From an uncultured archaeon (lineage in GTDB: Archaea > Asgardarchaeota > Jordiarchaeia > Jordiarchaeales > Jordiarchaeaceae): 9,347 nt of DNA. The notes under the pieces were generated by a model. It made no database searches. It had not been told where the DNA came from and saw nothing but the letters and a program-made list of their open reading frames with translations. Below, piece after piece: positions 7,426-9,347 of the stretch. The translations under genes and the position numbers were made by a program. The DNA lies in assembly GCA_964510585.1 (NCBI GenBank), contig CAZECW010000215.1, positions 1-9,347 on the forward strand, read 5' to 3'. Each line of letters starts with the position of its first letter. The first letter of the stretch is position 1.

Positions 7426-7442
7426 TACTACGAGCAATAGTT
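7426..7442. promoter_or_regulatory. Putative BlaI-type operator 2: TACTAC-GAGCA-ATAGTT
   Basis: Second ACTAC-N5-(A)TAGT copy, one core mismatch, 19 bp after operator 1. Confidence 0.5.
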
Positions 7443-7451
7443 GTTCAACCG

Positions 7452-7475
7452 AGAAAGGAAAAGGAAAGGAAAAAC
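7452..7475 (+). repeat. Short AAGGAA x3 purine repeat in the leader
   Basis: gaaaggaaaaggaaaggaaaaac immediately before ATG 7477; may serve as the SD. Confidence 0.45.
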
Positions 7476-7476
7476 A

Positions 7477-8154
7477 ATGAAAAAACAACCACTACTACTA
7501 TTAATACTAGTACTAACCGTAAGCCTATCAATACCACTACTAACAACCCAAACACAACAAGTCTACGCCCAACCAGTAAGCCACACGTACACATTCACAG
7601 AAACAATACCCGGAGTTCCCACAAACATTGAAGTAAATTTCACCGTGACCACCGACACCGGAGTTCTACTAGAAGGCAACATAGCGGTATGGATCCTTAG
7701 AATCAACGCCAACAGTAACAGCACCATACAGAACATAACCATTAACGGTGAGTCCAAAGGAACGAAGATAAGCCGAGGACTACTACTTCCACTTTCAAAC
7801 GCTTTTGCGTCTGACACAAATATGATTCCACTTTCCCCCTTCTTGAATAACTTTACGCTGGTGAAGTCTGAAAACGTGTTATTACTTAATGGTATTGCTG
7901 GTCTTCCCACTCAGATTTCATTTAATCTCAGCGTAACCATAGAAACTCTCTCTGGAAATCAGACTGTTTATTTGGCTAGTGATGTGCCAACGGTGTCTTT
8001 GATACTTCCTAATCCGAGCAGTGCTCCGCCAGTGATTACCTATTACCTTATACTATTGTACTCTATGGTATTTCTGGTGCCCATATCGATGATTCTCTCG
8101 AATCGCTGGTTAAGGAATCGCAAAGTGAAGAAAGAAGGGTTGGAGGAGGTGTAG
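7477..8154 (+). CDS. Uncharacterised secreted, C-terminally anchored surface protein (225 aa)
   Basis: MKKQP + hydrophobic stretch + VYA/QP signal peptide; beta-rich T/N-rich ectodomain with six N-x-S/T sequons; C-terminal TM followed by NRWLRNRKVKK. ATG 7477 follows AGGA repeats; track TTG 7441 lies within operator 2. Confidence 0.8.
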   Translation: MKKQPLLLLILVLTVSLSIPLLTTQTQQVYAQPVSHTYTFTETIPGVPTNIEVNFTVTTDTGVLLEGNIAVWILRINANSNSTIQNITINGESKGTKISRGLLLPLSNAFASDTNMIPLSPFLNNFTLVKSENVLLLNGIAGLPTQISFNLSVTIETLSGNQTVYLASDVPTVSLILPNPSSAPPVITYYLILLYSMVFLVPISMILSNRWLRNRKVKKEGLEEV

Positions 8155-8160
8155 TGTGAG

Positions 8161-8871
8161 GTGCGGTACAGAATTTTAGTTTTTCTTGTGGTTTTTGCTG
8201 TGATTTTAGGTATAACCTCTGCGGTTTATTTCCAGGCAGAGCCCACACCAACTTATCCCAACACCCCATTCGTACTGTACTATCTTAGGTATGACTATAC
8301 TGTGCAGAGTAACGGTACCGCTACTATAAGTGGGTTAGCGTCGACGGTGGTTTGGTTTGAGGGTTATGCTGATTCAAACACTGTGGTTGTGGCTGAGAGA
8401 AACGGTTTCTCTCCTATTCAATACAGTGAGGTAAATCTTTATACGCGGGAAACAAATACTTCCGGAGTGCACTTTCTATGGTGGATTCCTCCATGGTTGC
8501 CGATTGGGACTCCTGTGGGCATAGGTAACAATACTGGTGTTATCGTGAGTGAAACTGAGTTAAGTGTACAACAATTGGTGAGAAATACAAAGACGGTCTT
8601 TTATTCAGGGTCGGACAGAACAATTATCGCTAACTATGACGCGAATAGTGGTTTTCTAATCCAGTTAGAAATCAAAGAAGGAGAACAGATAAGCATTTAC
8701 CAACTGCAATCCACTCTTGGTGCTTCTCTTGGAGTCTCTAACTATTACTATGCGCGTGTAATCTTCCTATGCTTATTCACACCCGCCTTAGTGATTTTCA
8801 TATTGACACTTCCTTGGCCTTGGAGAAGGTGGAGTCAGAGCTTATCCAAATTTCTAAGAAAAGAGGTTTAG
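8161..8871 (+). CDS. Uncharacterised membrane-anchored surface protein (236 aa)
   Basis: GTG start after GGAGGAGGTG/GAGGT; N-terminal signal/TM; aromatic beta-rich ectodomain with three sequons; C-terminal TM followed by WRRW..RK. Confidence 0.8.
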   Translation: MRYRILVFLVVFAVILGITSAVYFQAEPTPTYPNTPFVLYYLRYDYTVQSNGTATISGLASTVVWFEGYADSNTVVVAERNGFSPIQYSEVNLYTRETNTSGVHFLWWIPPWLPIGTPVGIGNNTGVIVSETELSVQQLVRNTKTVFYSGSDRTIIANYDANSGFLIQLEIKEGEQISIYQLQSTLGASLGVSNYYYARVIFLCLFTPALVIFILTLPWPWRRWSQSLSKFLRKEV

Positions 8872-8882
8872 GTGATACCGCC

Positions 8883-9347
8883 ATGTTAGCTATTGAAACA
8901 AGAAATCTGAAAAAGAGGTTCGGCAATTTTCAAGCTTTAAGGGGAATCAACTTGGAAGTTGAGGAAGGGACCTGCTACGGTCTACTAGGACCCAACGGAG
9001 CTGGAAAAACAACTACGATTAAAATCATACTGGGCCTGCTGTCACCAACAGAAGGCGAAGTCAAAGTTTTTGGTTATAAAGCGGGTTCATTCCAAGCCAG
9101 ACAGAAAATAGGCTATTTACCAGAGAGAGTAGGATACTATGCTCACGTTAAAGCCGTTGATTTCCTGCGCTATATTGGAATCCTATCAAACATGTCGTCA
9201 GTCGACATAGATGCAAGAGCGGAAGAACTGCTGGAATGGGTTGGACTCGGAGGTTGGGGGGAATCGCCCATAGGTAATCTAAGTGCCGGGATGAAGCAGC
9301 GCCTCGGACTAGCTATGGCAGTGATGGGCGACCCCGAACTAGTTATT
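8883..9347 (+). CDS. ABC transporter ATP-binding protein (ABC-2/export type), 3'-truncated; not in the ORF track
   Basis: My translation: MLAIETRNLKKRFGNFQALRGINLEVEEGTCYGLLGPNGAGKTTTIKIILGLLSPTEGEV...IGYLPE...LSAGMKQRLGLAMAVMGDPELVI. Walker A, Q-loop and signature are present; AGGTGAT SD at 8870-8876. Confidence 0.95.
   Translation, partial: MLAIETRNLKKRFGNFQALRGINLEVEEGTCYGLLGPNGAGKTTTIKIILGLLSPTEGEVKVFGYKAGSFQARQKIGYLPERVGYYAHVKAVDFLRYIGILSNMSSVDIDARAEELLEWVGLGGWGESPIGNLSAGMKQRLGLAMAVMGDPELVI

Noticed and set aside
1-9347. CRISPR arrays, tRNA/rRNA, IS or integrase
   Set aside because: No spaced repeats, cloverleaf/rRNA signatures, transposase motifs or terminal inverted repeats were seen.

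Overview
Archaeal chromosomal DNA, judged from the fae-hps fusion, a tungsten AOR, TATA/BRE promoters and GGAGG/GGTGAT ribosome-binding sites; the lineage cannot be fixed from this window. Left half: a tight + strand operon (5'-truncated nitroreductase, two small ribbon-helix-helix-like proteins, SCP2 lipid-binding protein), then fae-hps converging on an aldehyde:ferredoxin oxidoreductase, then a 61-aa 7-Cys protein. Right half: a BlaI/MecI/CopY repressor coupled to a BlaR-like M56/M48 membrane zinc protease that lacks a penicillin-sensor domain, divergent from an operon of two membrane-anchored surface proteins and an ABC exporter ATPase that is absent from the ORF track and runs off the right edge. 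Two tandem ACTAC-N5-(G/A)TAGT dyads sit on the divergent promoters. The best candidate for an undescribed system is this archaeal protease-derepressed envelope/export module with its visible operators. No rRNA, tRNA, CRISPR or mobile element was seen.
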